The position numbers were made by a program, and so were the translations under genes. From the IMG/VR virus record IMGVR_UViG_3300025168_014097, positions 1-64,000 of that record: a stretch of DNA of 64,000 bases; one strand, given 5' to 3'. Shown piece after piece: positions 49,795-59,102 of this stretch. Numbering within the stretch: the stretch's first letter is position 1; each line of letters begins with the position of its first letter. This stretch comes from a virus. Under the pieces are notes generated by a model. The model was not told the origin of the DNA. It worked only from the letters and a program-made list of their open reading frames with translations, and ran no database searches.

Positions 49795-49826
49795 TAAATA
49801 TAAGAAATATAATTCGTTTATACAAC
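49795..49826 (-). promoter_or_regulatory. Conserved promoter GTTG-N20-TATATT
   Basis: Minus strand GTTGTATAAACGAATTATATTTCTTATATTTA upstream of folE. Confidence 0.72.
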
Positions 49827-49840
49827 AGTTTCTACTTTTT

Positions 49841-50035
49841 TTATTTGATCCATTCTTCTAGTTCAGTTGGTGTTGGCCATGTTAAAGCTTTTTGACACTT
49901 ATCACACACCCATCTTGTATCACTTACCTTTACAGTCTTTATCGTTTGATTTTTGTGCCTGCACTTGTTTTGATAGTCCTCTATTTCCTTCTCGATTTGC
50001 TTCAACCGTTTGGTCATATCGTTCATGTTTATCAT
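49841..50035 (-). CDS. Small coiled-coil plus zinc-finger-like protein
   Basis: CRH...CDKC; GGAG RBS before ATG 50035. Confidence 0.55.
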   Translation of the reverse strand: MINMNDMTKRLKQIEKEIEDYQNKCRHKNQTIKTVKVSDTRWVCDKCQKALTWPTPTELEEWIK

Positions 50036-50097
50036 GAGATCTCTCCGTAGTGTTACGTAACATTTCCTCATAATATAACCGTTCAATCCAATCTTCT

Positions 50098-51957
50098 TTA
50101 TACAATCTCACAAGAACCTCCTGCGCAGGCTAGTTCACCTTTAAGATCAGTTTCATCTTTTTCTTCTACAATATTAGATAAGTCTATTTCAGTTAACGAC
50201 TTTAACATTTCGTTATATTTTTCTTCTGTGATATCTTCGAATGGTGCTTGTGTATATGTTCCACCATTATAAGGTAGTACTGATAAACCATTATAGTGTT
50301 TTCTATTTTCCCACATCCATTCACCCGCATATTCCCACTCATTGTCTCTTAACGAAACGGTTGCAGACACGTTATGTGTATTAGATCCATTCCTATGTCC
50401 TGGAGACACCCATTCTTGAGCTACCTTCTTTACTCGTTCTAATAACTGGAATGGAGATTCAGTTCGCAATATTGAACCTTCTGGTGATTTCTGTGGTATT
50501 TGAATTACAGCTGTATCGTGTGGACTGAAGTATTCGTCTTCAACTAGCTCTGGATGGTGTTCGTTGAGATATTTATACATTGATTCATTTTTACCAACTC
50601 TAATTCTTCTGATATAATAATCGTTGTGCCATGCGTGGATACCTGATGATGTACCTAATGTCAATGAGGTAGTTCCTGCAGGCTTGACTGTTGTACATCT
50701 TGCTGATTGCTTAATTCCTATAAGTTTTGCAACTCTAGCATTTTCCTTCTTAACAATTTTTGCAGCTGATTTCATATCATATCCTAATACTACACCCGAG
50801 CCAATACCTGTCATTGATATTCCTATCAATGCATCTTTTTCAGTAGTATCTTGCCATACCTCTCTTAAATAGTGAAAGTTTGTATATCCTGCTTGAAGAG
50901 TTCCAATAAATGCAGCTGACTTTACCCTTGCTTCAAAATCTTCTTGTGATTCTATATCACTAGCATTTACTTCACATAGATTACAAAATTGATACGGTCG
51001 TAAAGCTATTTCACAGCAAGGATTAGTTCCCCAGTCTTTATCATTGTTAAGATATATACCAGGTTCTCCTGCTCCAGACAACTCTACTCTTTTCCAAAGA
51101 TCCATGAAAAATTCTTTAGTTATTTTGTGTCTCATTAAACATGCTGAGTTATTTGCTCTACCCCTCTGTGGATTCAATTCCCACCAATTACCACTTTTAC
51201 AACCGATCATTTCATTATCATCAGCGCTAAATAAACTAATAAGAGCAGCTCTTCTTATTCCTCCTGCTAATACAGCATCTGCAATGTGGCAAACTATATC
51301 GTGGACTTCAATTGTCGATAATTTATCTCCCGATTCTTTTTCCTTCAACATTCCATCAATCTTAACCAAACATTCTTTTAATGGTTGAGGTCCTGGTGCT
51401 TTACCACCCGATGTTACAAGTCTTGCACCTTTTGGTCTAATATCAGAATAATCAAATTCAACACGACTTCCACCACCATTCATGTATGATTTCATAAGAA
51501 CTTTTACTGCGTCTGCCCATCCTTCAATACTATCACTAATCAAATATCTTTTCTTCCTTTTAGGATATGGTTTTTGAATTACTGAGAGTTGACTTACATG
51601 ATGTTTCTGCACTGAATACCCCACTCCCGTTCCACCTAGCAATAAGAACATGCATTCACTGAATGATTCAATTGAATCGATTGGAAGATATGCACAGTTA
51701 TATACTCTATTAGGTGATATCTCAATTGGCTTACCTGCAAATTGCATAGATCTCATAGATGGTAATATCTTTTTATCATATACCATTTTATACACTTCTT
51801 CAATATCAGCTTTGAGTGCTGGGTATTTTTTTTGATGCATTTGCATATTACGCGTTACTAATTCTTCCCATGTCTCTCTTCTATTCAGTTCTGGCACGTA
51901 CTTTGCATACTTCATATAGACAGTAATGTCTGATAGAATTTTGTTTGAAATTTCCAT
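50098..51957 (-). CDS. nrdJ: Class II (B12-dependent) ribonucleotide reductase, monomeric RTPR type
   Basis: NC, G.GVG, RRAA, TNPCCEI, KPAGTTS, C-terminal ACAGGSCEI. Confidence 0.92.
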   Translation of the reverse strand: MEISNKILSDITVYMKYAKYVPELNRRETWEELVTRNMQMHQKKYPALKADIEEVYKMVYDKKILPSMRSMQFAGKPIEISPNRVYNCAYLPIDSIESFSECMFLLLGGTGVGYSVQKHHVSQLSVIQKPYPKRKKRYLISDSIEGWADAVKVLMKSYMNGGGSRVEFDYSDIRPKGARLVTSGGKAPGPQPLKECLVKIDGMLKEKESGDKLSTIEVHDIVCHIADAVLAGGIRRAALISLFSADDNEMIGCKSGNWWELNPQRGRANNSACLMRHKITKEFFMDLWKRVELSGAGEPGIYLNNDKDWGTNPCCEIALRPYQFCNLCEVNASDIESQEDFEARVKSAAFIGTLQAGYTNFHYLREVWQDTTEKDALIGISMTGIGSGVVLGYDMKSAAKIVKKENARVAKLIGIKQSARCTTVKPAGTTSLTLGTSSGIHAWHNDYYIRRIRVGKNESMYKYLNEHHPELVEDEYFSPHDTAVIQIPQKSPEGSILRTESPFQLLERVKKVAQEWVSPGHRNGSNTHNVSATVSLRDNEWEYAGEWMWENRKHYNGLSVLPYNGGTYTQAPFEDITEEKYNEMLKSLTEIDLSNIVEEKDETDLKGELACAGGSCEIV

Positions 51958-52044
51958 TATAATCTTCCTCTATTTTCTTTTGATCCTGTTGTGTCGGTAT
52001 AAATGTTGTGTATATAATAATTATGTGTATATATGTATATAGCT

Positions 52045-53403
52045 CTATCCATCAGCCGGTTTATCTTTTAATTCCATGAATTTATTGGCCAACCTTTTTC
52101 TCATAAATTCTGCCCCTCCATCCATTTGTTTCTGCGTGTCTTGTCCTGCAGCTGAAGCTCCTTCGTATATGTGAATTTGTCCATTTGATGTGTTCATTTT
52201 AGATGGTAATGTTATTCCATCTGGTCCAAATCTATTTTTAATAACATGCCACCTTCCAGTACCTGCTATCTTGTCTTCTACTTTTCTTGATAGTGATATT
52301 ACAAAGTCTGCGGTCATAATTTTTGAATACGACTCTGCAATCTTTTCTGCTCCAATAACATCTTCTTCCAATGCTGATCTATTTGCTTGAGATGCAGTCC
52401 AAACTGGTATTTCATATTCTCCTGCCATACCTCTTAGATCTTCATATATGTTTCCAAGCTCATGTCTCACTTCCTTACCATTACCCCTTAATAGATCAGC
52501 ATAATCTACAACAACTAAATCTGGCTTGAATCCTTGTATCGTGCATTTGTCTATATGTGCGCGTATTGTATTTACAGTCGCACCTTTAGTTGGAAAATAC
52601 TTTACTATCAATTGGCCTTTTAGTTTCTTTACTCGCTTTTCAACATCTTCTTGGTGAAACTTCAAATTCTGAGCTGGGATACCAGTGAATACAGAGTCGA
52701 ATCTTAACCCAACATATGCTTGATTTAATTCTAATGTATAATGAACTACAGTCTTACCATTCTTTACAGCATTTGCAGCTACATTAACTAATCCCCACGA
52801 TTTACCAATTCCAGCTGGTGCTACAAATACTCCTAGTTCTCCTGCTCCCAATCCTCCATCAGCCATATCATCTATTACTTCCCATCCTGTTTTTACAGTC
52901 TTACGTAAACTTTCTACATATCGGTCATTAATATCAACATTATAATCATGGCCAATATCTTTATCACCACCTGCTTTCATTGCTTCATCAATTATAGATT
53001 TGATACCATCATAATTTCCAAATTGCAACATTTCTACCGAACTTGTTATTGCTTGTTTTATTTTTTGATTCTTGCAGAACTTGATAGTTTCATCTTTAAT
53101 AAAATCTAAATCTTCAGCTTCAAAATTACGTACAGCATCTTTAAGATTTTGTACAATTTCAGTTTTAAGTACATCACTACTAACATTCTCTAATTTTACT
53201 TTCATCACTTCTAATGTTGGTTGTGATTTGAAGTCGTTGTAATATTCGGTGATTGTATTCATCATCCATTTATTAGCTTCCGATTCAAAATATTCAGGAT
53301 CTAGAATATCCATGATCTGTTGCAAGAATGGTTTATCCTTGAATAAGCAAGCCATCAATTTAGATTGAAAGCTATATCCATATTTTAAGAATGTATCTGA
53401 CAT
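52045..53403 (-). CDS. Replicative helicase (DnaB/gp41-like)
   Basis: APAGIGKS, TLE, VDYADL, TASQANR, KNRFG. Confidence 0.93.
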   Translation of the reverse strand: MSDTFLKYGYSFQSKLMACLFKDKPFLQQIMDILDPEYFESEANKWMMNTITEYYNDFKSQPTLEVMKVKLENVSSDVLKTEIVQNLKDAVRNFEAEDLDFIKDETIKFCKNQKIKQAITSSVEMLQFGNYDGIKSIIDEAMKAGGDKDIGHDYNVDINDRYVESLRKTVKTGWEVIDDMADGGLGAGELGVFVAPAGIGKSWGLVNVAANAVKNGKTVVHYTLELNQAYVGLRFDSVFTGIPAQNLKFHQEDVEKRVKKLKGQLIVKYFPTKGATVNTIRAHIDKCTIQGFKPDLVVVDYADLLRGNGKEVRHELGNIYEDLRGMAGEYEIPVWTASQANRSALEEDVIGAEKIAESYSKIMTADFVISLSRKVEDKIAGTGRWHVIKNRFGPDGITLPSKMNTSNGQIHIYEGASAAGQDTQKQMDGGAEFMRKRLANKFMELKDKPADG

Positions 53404-53410
53404 ATGCTTC

Positions 53411-53441
53411 TAATATAAGAAAAATATTTGTAGTATGCAAC
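53411..53441 (-). promoter_or_regulatory. Conserved promoter GTTG-N20-TATATT
   Basis: Minus strand GTTGCATACTACAAATATTTTTCTTATATTA upstream of the helicase. Confidence 0.75.
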
Positions 53442-54472
53442 TAAACTAATGAAAAAGCATGTAGGGGCATAAAAACTTCTTTTAGCCAAAATTCATGATT
53501 TCTAATAGCCGTGTTCATCTTATCTTCAACCAACATTAATTGAAACTTCGGTTTATTCAAAGATGGTACTGGGTTGTGTACAATATTTCTGATTGTTTCT
53601 TTTGCTCGTCCTGATATATCTACATCGTGGAGTTGCATAAGTTTGTGATTTAATTCTAGTAGATCGTAGTTCTCATTAATTGCATTCAACATTTTTATTT
53701 TACTGTCTGCTGATAATTGAATGAGATCATCGATTGTAACTTTTTGTTCTTCTGATAGTTCTGGTACTCGTTTGAGTAATGACTTCAAACCCACTCCAGG
53801 TATTCCTGGAATATTGTCGGACTTATCACCACTTAAAACTCTATACATTAAATAATTTGGAGCTGATATTCCATATTCTTCTAAGATATCATCTGCAAAG
53901 TACATTTTCTTTTTTGTTGGACTCCATACACCTATTCTATCATCTATTAACTGTAAAAAGTCTTTATCTGATGACATAATAAAATGTCTTGATTCCGGAA
54001 GCACTTGCTGCGTTATATATGCAATTGCATCATCTGCTTCTATGTTATCGATCGACATGCAACTTACTGGTAACGTGTCCAAGTAGTTTATCAATCTTCC
54101 TAGTTGCATTTTCATATTCTCTTGCTGATCCGTTAACGATCCAGATTCATATGCTCTATTTAATTTTTGAGTGGGTTTTCTGTTTCCCTTATAAGCTGGA
54201 AATACTTTACGTCTTCTTGACGACCCACCTTTCCCATCAAAGCAAATAATCACTCTGGTAGGTTTGATCCTTTTAATTGCAGCTCCTATAGACATTAGAA
54301 ATCCACTAATGCCACCCACGTGAATTCCATCATCATTTGTTGCTGGTGAAACTGACCATGATCTGATGAAGGTATTGAGGCCGTCAATAACTAATACCCT
54401 ATCATTGATATTGCTACCAACAGCCTCATTTTCCTTTAACGAATCCAATATTGAAAAATATTTGTTCTTCAT
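53441..54472 (-). CDS. 5'-3' exonuclease / flap endonuclease (T4 RNase H-like)
   Basis: IDG, FDG, YKGNR, EADD, SSDKDFLQL, GDKSDNIPG. Confidence 0.93.
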   Translation of the reverse strand: MKNKYFSILDSLKENEAVGSNINDRVLVIDGLNTFIRSWSVSPATNDDGIHVGGISGFLMSIGAAIKRIKPTRVIICFDGKGGSSRRRKVFPAYKGNRKPTQKLNRAYESGSLTDQQENMKMQLGRLINYLDTLPVSCMSIDNIEADDAIAYITQQVLPESRHFIMSSDKDFLQLIDDRIGVWSPTKKKMYFADDILEEYGISAPNYLMYRVLSGDKSDNIPGIPGVGLKSLLKRVPELSEEQKVTIDDLIQLSADSKIKMLNAINENYDLLELNHKLMQLHDVDISGRAKETIRNIVHNPVPSLNKPKFQLMLVEDKMNTAIRNHEFWLKEVFMPLHAFSLV

Positions 54473-54484
54473 AACCTTTATTCT

Positions 54485-55615
54485 TTATCCTTCTGGTACT
54501 GGTTCGCTACTTAGATCAATATCATCTACTCCTAATTTGTCAGTTTTGTATTTCATAATACTAACCTCACACATTTTTTCATAGATTTGATTTTTTAGAT
54601 CTTCATCTTTCTCAAGTAATTCTTTCCAATCCTTAGATAGGAATTTATGAACTTCTCCAGTGTCTGTATCTGTATATCCATACCACGCACCTGATTGCGT
54701 AACTAACTTGTGGTTTTTCAATACATTTAACCATCCACCTAAATCATCCACACCACTTTCAAATAGAATTTCAAACTCAGCTTTTCTCAAAGGAGGTCCC
54801 ATTCTATTCTTAACTACTTGAGCACTTGTTTTCATTCCAACTACTACATCCTGCTTGTCAACTTTCGTTTTCAATTGTCCCATAGATTTCAATCTAAGTC
54901 TACAGCTAGAGTGAAACCCTACTGCTTTACCACCCGATGTTGTCCATGGATCACCAAACATTACTCCCAACTTCTGACGGAGCTGGTTTGTGAATACTAG
55001 ACAAATTCGTTGTCTACCAATCATTTGAGTAACTTTTCTCATTGCTTTTGACAGAATGATAGCTTTTGAAGTTGCCCAACCGTCTTTCTCATAATCCGCT
55101 TCCATTTCTACTTTAGTAGATGCTCCAGCTAACGAATCTACAACGATTGTTACCAATCTGTCTTTACTAGACTCCCTAACTTTGTTTATGATGTTTTCAA
55201 TTGACTCAAAAATGTCTTCAATTGTTTCCAACTGTACATATAACATCTTTGATACATCCATACCGATAGCACGTAAGAACTCTTCGTTCATTGCATTCTC
55301 AGTATCTATGTAAACTGCTAAGCCACCTTTCTTTTGAGTATTAGCCAATAGGTGAGCTGCAAGTAATGATTTACCTGAAGCTTCTAGACCAGTTATTTCG
55401 GTAATTCTACCAACTGGTATTCCACCATGAGGTCTATTTGCAATAGCTAGATCAAGCGTAGATGATCCAGTTGATATCCATTCAGTCAAATCTGTTGGTG
55501 TATCTTCCGATCCATCTAGAAAATGTGCTACTTTGTAATCTTTGAATTGTTTATTCAACGATGCTGCCAGCACCGTAGCCAGTTCGTCCCTGACTCCTGC
55601 TTTATCTTTTGCCAT
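54485..55615 (-). CDS. recA: RecA/UvsX recombinase
   Basis: ISTGS..LD, GLEASGKS, IDTE, VVDS, NQLR, TTSGGKA, KNRMGPP. Confidence 0.95.
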   Translation of the reverse strand: MAKDKAGVRDELATVLAASLNKQFKDYKVAHFLDGSEDTPTDLTEWISTGSSTLDLAIANRPHGGIPVGRITEITGLEASGKSLLAAHLLANTQKKGGLAVYIDTENAMNEEFLRAIGMDVSKMLYVQLETIEDIFESIENIINKVRESSKDRLVTIVVDSLAGASTKVEMEADYEKDGWATSKAIILSKAMRKVTQMIGRQRICLVFTNQLRQKLGVMFGDPWTTSGGKAVGFHSSCRLRLKSMGQLKTKVDKQDVVVGMKTSAQVVKNRMGPPLRKAEFEILFESGVDDLGGWLNVLKNHKLVTQSGAWYGYTDTDTGEVHKFLSKDWKELLEKDEDLKNQIYEKMCEVSIMKYKTDKLGVDDIDLSSEPVPEG

Positions 55616-55625
55616 AACTTACCTC

Positions 55626-56396
55626 TTACTTAAATAATTCATCAAATGCGTCATTGACGTCATCTACTTTTTTGGTAGATGATTGTGCATTTGTTTGAGT
55701 TGATGCTGCTCCGGTTGGTCCTGCAGGAGTTTCATCACCTGATCCTGGTTCTAACCATTCAGCTAATGCTTGCTTCAAGTCATCATAAGATACTTCTTTA
55801 AATATCTCAGTAATGTTCTTTTGCTCATTCATTATTTTGTTTGCCACATCTTTGTTGTCAGTAGCAGCTGTTTGGTTGGGCTTCACGCGGATTGTAGTTT
55901 GAGGGAAGTTCTTTCCAGTTTCTTCTTTTGTCATGAATTCAACTGTAATGTCTCTTCCTGCTTGTAAATCTGTGATATCACCATAATCTGGATCAGCAAT
56001 AAAACTTAATAGTTCTTGGTAAACAGTTTTACCAAATCCCCATAATTTTACACCTTCTGATTCCTGTCCTCTTACTAATACCGGTACATAAGTTCTCAAT
56101 GTTGGATCAAGCTTTCTTGCCATTTGCCAATCATCTTTATTACCGGTAGCTTTCAATTGTTCTGCAAATTCCACTACTGGATCTGCTTTACCAAAAGTTA
56201 CTGGTGATACATAGTTCTTCTGTCCTAAGTTGTAATGAAAGTACATTTCCCTAAAAGGGTTATCTTTATCATACTGATAAGGTACTATTCTGATTTGTTG
56301 TTTGCCTGGTTCAGGCTTCCACAGATTTGAAGTTCTGTTGGTTTGGGATTGCAAGTTATTTAATTTCTTGCGGATTGCGTCTAAGTCAATAGCCAT
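55626..56396 (-). CDS. Single-stranded DNA-binding protein (gp32-like)
   Basis: WKP..G...IR, GKTVY, D...GRD, acidic tail DDVNDAFDELFK; adjacent to recA. Confidence 0.82.
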   Translation of the reverse strand: MAIDLDAIRKKLNNLQSQTNRTSNLWKPEPGKQQIRIVPYQYDKDNPFREMYFHYNLGQKNYVSPVTFGKADPVVEFAEQLKATGNKDDWQMARKLDPTLRTYVPVLVRGQESEGVKLWGFGKTVYQELLSFIADPDYGDITDLQAGRDITVEFMTKEETGKNFPQTTIRVKPNQTAATDNKDVANKIMNEQKNITEIFKEVSYDDLKQALAEWLEPGSGDETPAGPTGAASTQTNAQSSTKKVDDVNDAFDELFK

Positions 56397-56451
56397 TTTT
56401 TAATCTCCGTTTGTTAATTAGTTAATAAAATTATTTGTCATTAGTTACCTA

Positions 56452-56459
56452 TATAAATA
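56452..56459 (-). promoter_or_regulatory. TATTTATA motif, candidate phage-specific promoter
   Basis: Intergenic, upstream of the ssDNA-binding protein gene. Confidence 0.3.
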
Positions 56460-56480
56460 GGCTTCTAAAATGATTTACAT

Positions 56481-56512
56481 TAAATATACAAAATAAAATT
56501 TGTATTTGCAAC
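56481..56512 (-). promoter_or_regulatory. Conserved promoter GTTG-N20-TATATT
   Basis: Minus strand GTTGCAAATACAAATTTTATTTTGTATATTTA. Confidence 0.72.
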
Positions 56513-56857
56513 TTATTTCCAGATTATTTGTATGCCAACTAAAATTAAGGCTAGTAATAAGGAAACGAGTGTTTTTGTGTTGATACCCTCATTCATATAG
56601 ACACTCGTCAATACTGCGAATGATGATATACCGGTTGCAAATCCTATAAATCTTCCAGGCCATAGTGACCCGTTAAAGTATCCGACTACATAGGTTGTTG
56701 CTATAATAAATGCGTATGATATAGGAACGGCAAATATACATGCCATTGCAAATGGGTGATCTTTGGCCCACTTCCAAACGAATTGACCGTTTGTTTGATA
56801 CCAGATTAGTGTTTGCCCAAAGAAGAATAATAATATTCCGAATAATAATTTTACCAT
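56513..56857 (-). CDS. Four-TM small membrane protein (DMT/SMR-like topology)
   Basis: 114 aa, four hydrophobic helices, NE before the last helix. Confidence 0.6.
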   Translation of the reverse strand: MVKLLFGILLFFFGQTLIWYQTNGQFVWKWAKDHPFAMACIFAVPISYAFIIATTYVVGYFNGSLWPGRFIGFATGISSFAVLTSVYMNEGINTKTLVSLLLALILVGIQIIWK

Positions 56858-56880
56858 AGTCTTTACCTTTTTATTTAGAC

Positions 56881-56912
56881 TAAATATACGAAATTATTTT
56901 GGAGTATGCAAC
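56881..56912 (-). promoter_or_regulatory. Conserved promoter GTTG-N20-TATATT
   Basis: Minus strand GTTGCATACTCCAAAATAATTTCGTATATTTA. Confidence 0.75.
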
Positions 56913-56915
56913 TAT

Positions 56916-57317
56916 TTAGTTGTTTTTTTTGATATAGATTACGTCTTCGATCTCAGTATTAATTTTTCGAAGTCCATCATCATTTGTAACAAGCATTGTA
57001 TTTTTATAGTTATCCCAATCTATCTGATATGATGTATCCAATACACCATTGTTTAATAGTTTGATGAGATTGTTTAATGCATTTATAGTATATAATGTGT
57101 TTGTATTTTTCTTACGGTGAAGTGATATAGTATTATCCATTATTGTAAAGTCGCCTGATGCATCGATATTATACGTGCACATTAGATCATTTGCACTTCC
57201 CGCTTCTCTCAATATAAATATTTTATTATACAGTACTGTGTATGTCTGTATGATAATATCTACCGTTTCAGTTAAGTGTGGTTTTTGCGTGAATGTACAT
57301 AGTAGTTGAGTCCTCAT
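56916..57317 (-). CDS. Hypothetical phage protein
   Basis: QLLCTFT, TYN, HRKKNTNTLYTINALN; function unknown. Confidence 0.7.
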   Translation of the reverse strand: MRTQLLCTFTQKPHLTETVDIIIQTYTVLYNKIFILREAGSANDLMCTYNIDASGDFTIMDNTISLHRKKNTNTLYTINALNNLIKLLNNGVLDTSYQIDWDNYKNTMLVTNDDGLRKINTEIEDVIYIKKNN

Positions 57318-57320
57318 ATC

Positions 57321-59102
57321 TTACTCTATCAAGCTTTGGAGTTTATGGTTCACAGGATACGGTCCTAATAGTTTTGTTCCTTCCATTATCATTGTTAGTT
57401 TTGAACTGCTGTTAGTTCCAGTTCTTAATAGTGTATAATACTTTTGATTATCCTTTGTAAGTTCAGATAATACCCAACATGTAATTGTATAGTATGTTTT
57501 CTTAGGAGAAGGTTCAGCTTTTACAGCTAACATTTTGAAATCGATTTCATTCTCACTCAACCGTTTTTCAACTGCATCTGCTGTACCTAGATATGTATAT
57601 GGAGTTTTACCAAATGCACCATATACTTTCCATACAGGTAATTTTGTTCCACCAAATAACATCTCCGCTGTTAGATCGCTAATAATTCCTTTCATCTTGC
57701 TTACATCAGATACTAAATCAATTATCAATTGAGCTGTTGCTATATTTGCAATTAATGATAATACTGTGGTACTTCCTGGATGTTTATCATTCGACAGTTT
57801 TATATTTTTTACGGGCTTTACTTTTTTGAATGTTCCTATTGCGTATTTATTAGATTTTACTTTTTTATTTAGAGTATCTATATATCCATTTACATTTTTA
57901 ATCGCTTGCATTGGATTTTTTGCAACCTCATCAATTTCAGCTTCTAGTTTTCCTGATATTGTACCTTCTTTTATTGTATATCCTGATAGTAGAGCTGATA
58001 CCGCTGATGGTGGAATAGATTGTCCGTTTTGCAATCCTCCTAGGAATTTATTTCTAAAAGAAGAAATTGCGGAATTGAACTTATTCTTTATAGTATTAAA
58101 TGATTTAGTCGCAAAAGCTTTTATATTATCAAGAAAACCTTCTGTGAGTACTTCATATACCAAGCCTTCATTTGTAGTAGGCTTTTCGCCTTTTAGAATA
58201 CTAGTTGCATCTCCAGTCGATATTCCAAGATCATATACACCCCTGAGACTTTTCGTAACTTTACCCATTTGTGCACCTGATGCTGATTTCTTTAGTGAAA
58301 CTTGCCAATACTTGATACTATCTCCAACTTTCACATATCCATCAGTTGTTCCTTCTATAGCATTACTTTCATCTGCGATTGCTGCTAGTAATGCACTTTT
58401 TGATACATTGGATATCACACAGTCTGCAGTATTAGCTTTAGAACCTTTTCTTGTTAGTCCTCTAGTTTTTTCTGCAGTGTAGAAGTCTCTAATTCCTGCA
58501 TGGATGAAGTGCTTTGCCGAACCTCCTACCACCTTACTACAATATATGCTCATTCCTTTTGCAAGTGCACAGCATAATGCTATATCTTGCATACTATTTT
58601 CATGGAATTCTAGGTTTGTTGAGTCGAATGTTGGTAGTGTAAAATTACCGATAATTGATGTTCCTGATCCATCCCAATCACCTGAGCCAAACTTTAACTG
58701 TTTTAGTGCAGTTGTTGTTATCTTGATAACATTTTTACATTGAGCGATATAATCTTCTACATCCTTTTGCTTTTTAACTTTTATTTTCTTAAATACTGAT
58801 GGGAGATTCAATAAAGGATCTATTGCACTGGTAGAGATACCACCAATGCCAATACAAGCTGCAGTTTCCATCATTGCTGTATTTAACGAAGCATCCCTCT
58901 TACTTTCAAATATGTGACCTTTTCCCGATAAAGAGCTTATAGCATTTTCAATTAATTGGGTTGAATATTTTTTAGATACCAATACTTCACGTAATATTGC
59001 AAGATCTTTTGCGTTATATGGTTTATCAGCATATCCGTGTGGATGTGTGTAAAACCAATCTTCTATTACATCATCAATTAGGTAGTTTAAGTTCATGTTC
59101 AA
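57321..59102 (-). CDS. Hypothetical protein with possible PD-(D/E)XK-like nuclease core
   Basis: E(TAAC)...TAD...QVSLK arrangement; helical leader ending IFE. Confidence 0.5.
   Translation of the reverse strand: MNMNLNYLIDDVIEDWFYTHPHGYADKPYNAKDLAILREVLVSKKYSTQLIENAISSLSGKGHIFESKRDASLNTAMMETAACIGIGGISTSAIDPLLNLPSVFKKIKVKKQKDVEDYIAQCKNVIKITTTALKQLKFGSGDWDGSGTSIIGNFTLPTFDSTNLEFHENSMQDIALCCALAKGMSIYCSKVVGGSAKHFIHAGIRDFYTAEKTRGLTRKGSKANTADCVISNVSKSALLAAIADESNAIEGTTDGYVKVGDSIKYWQVSLKKSASGAQMGKVTKSLRGVYDLGISTGDATSILKGEKPTTNEGLVYEVLTEGFLDNIKAFATKSFNTIKNKFNSAISSFRNKFLGGLQNGQSIPPSAVSALLSGYTIKEGTISGKLEAEIDEVAKNPMQAIKNVNGYIDTLNKKVKSNKYAIGTFKKVKPVKNIKLSNDKHPGSTTVLSLIANIATAQLIIDLVSDVSKMKGIISDLTAEMLFGGTKLPVWKVYGAFGKTPYTYLGTADAVEKRLSENEIDFKMLAVKAEPSPKKTYYTITCWVLSELTKDNQKYYTLLRTGTNSSSKLTMIMEGTKLLGPYPVNHKLQSLIE

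Noticed and set aside
49920-50111. 63-aa minus-strand ORF
   Set aside because: Overlaps the better supported 49841..50035 ORF, which has an RBS and a Cys motif, in another frame
41664-55615. Introns or inteins in PolB, RNR, helicase or RecA
   Set aside because: All are uninterrupted, of ordinary length, with no splicing or homing endonuclease motifs
57766-58482. 238-aa plus-strand ORF, and the other plus-strand ORFs in the track
   Set aside because: All lie antisense to well-supported minus-strand genes, show shadow-ORF composition (Ser/Phe/Leu-rich) and carry no recognisable motifs
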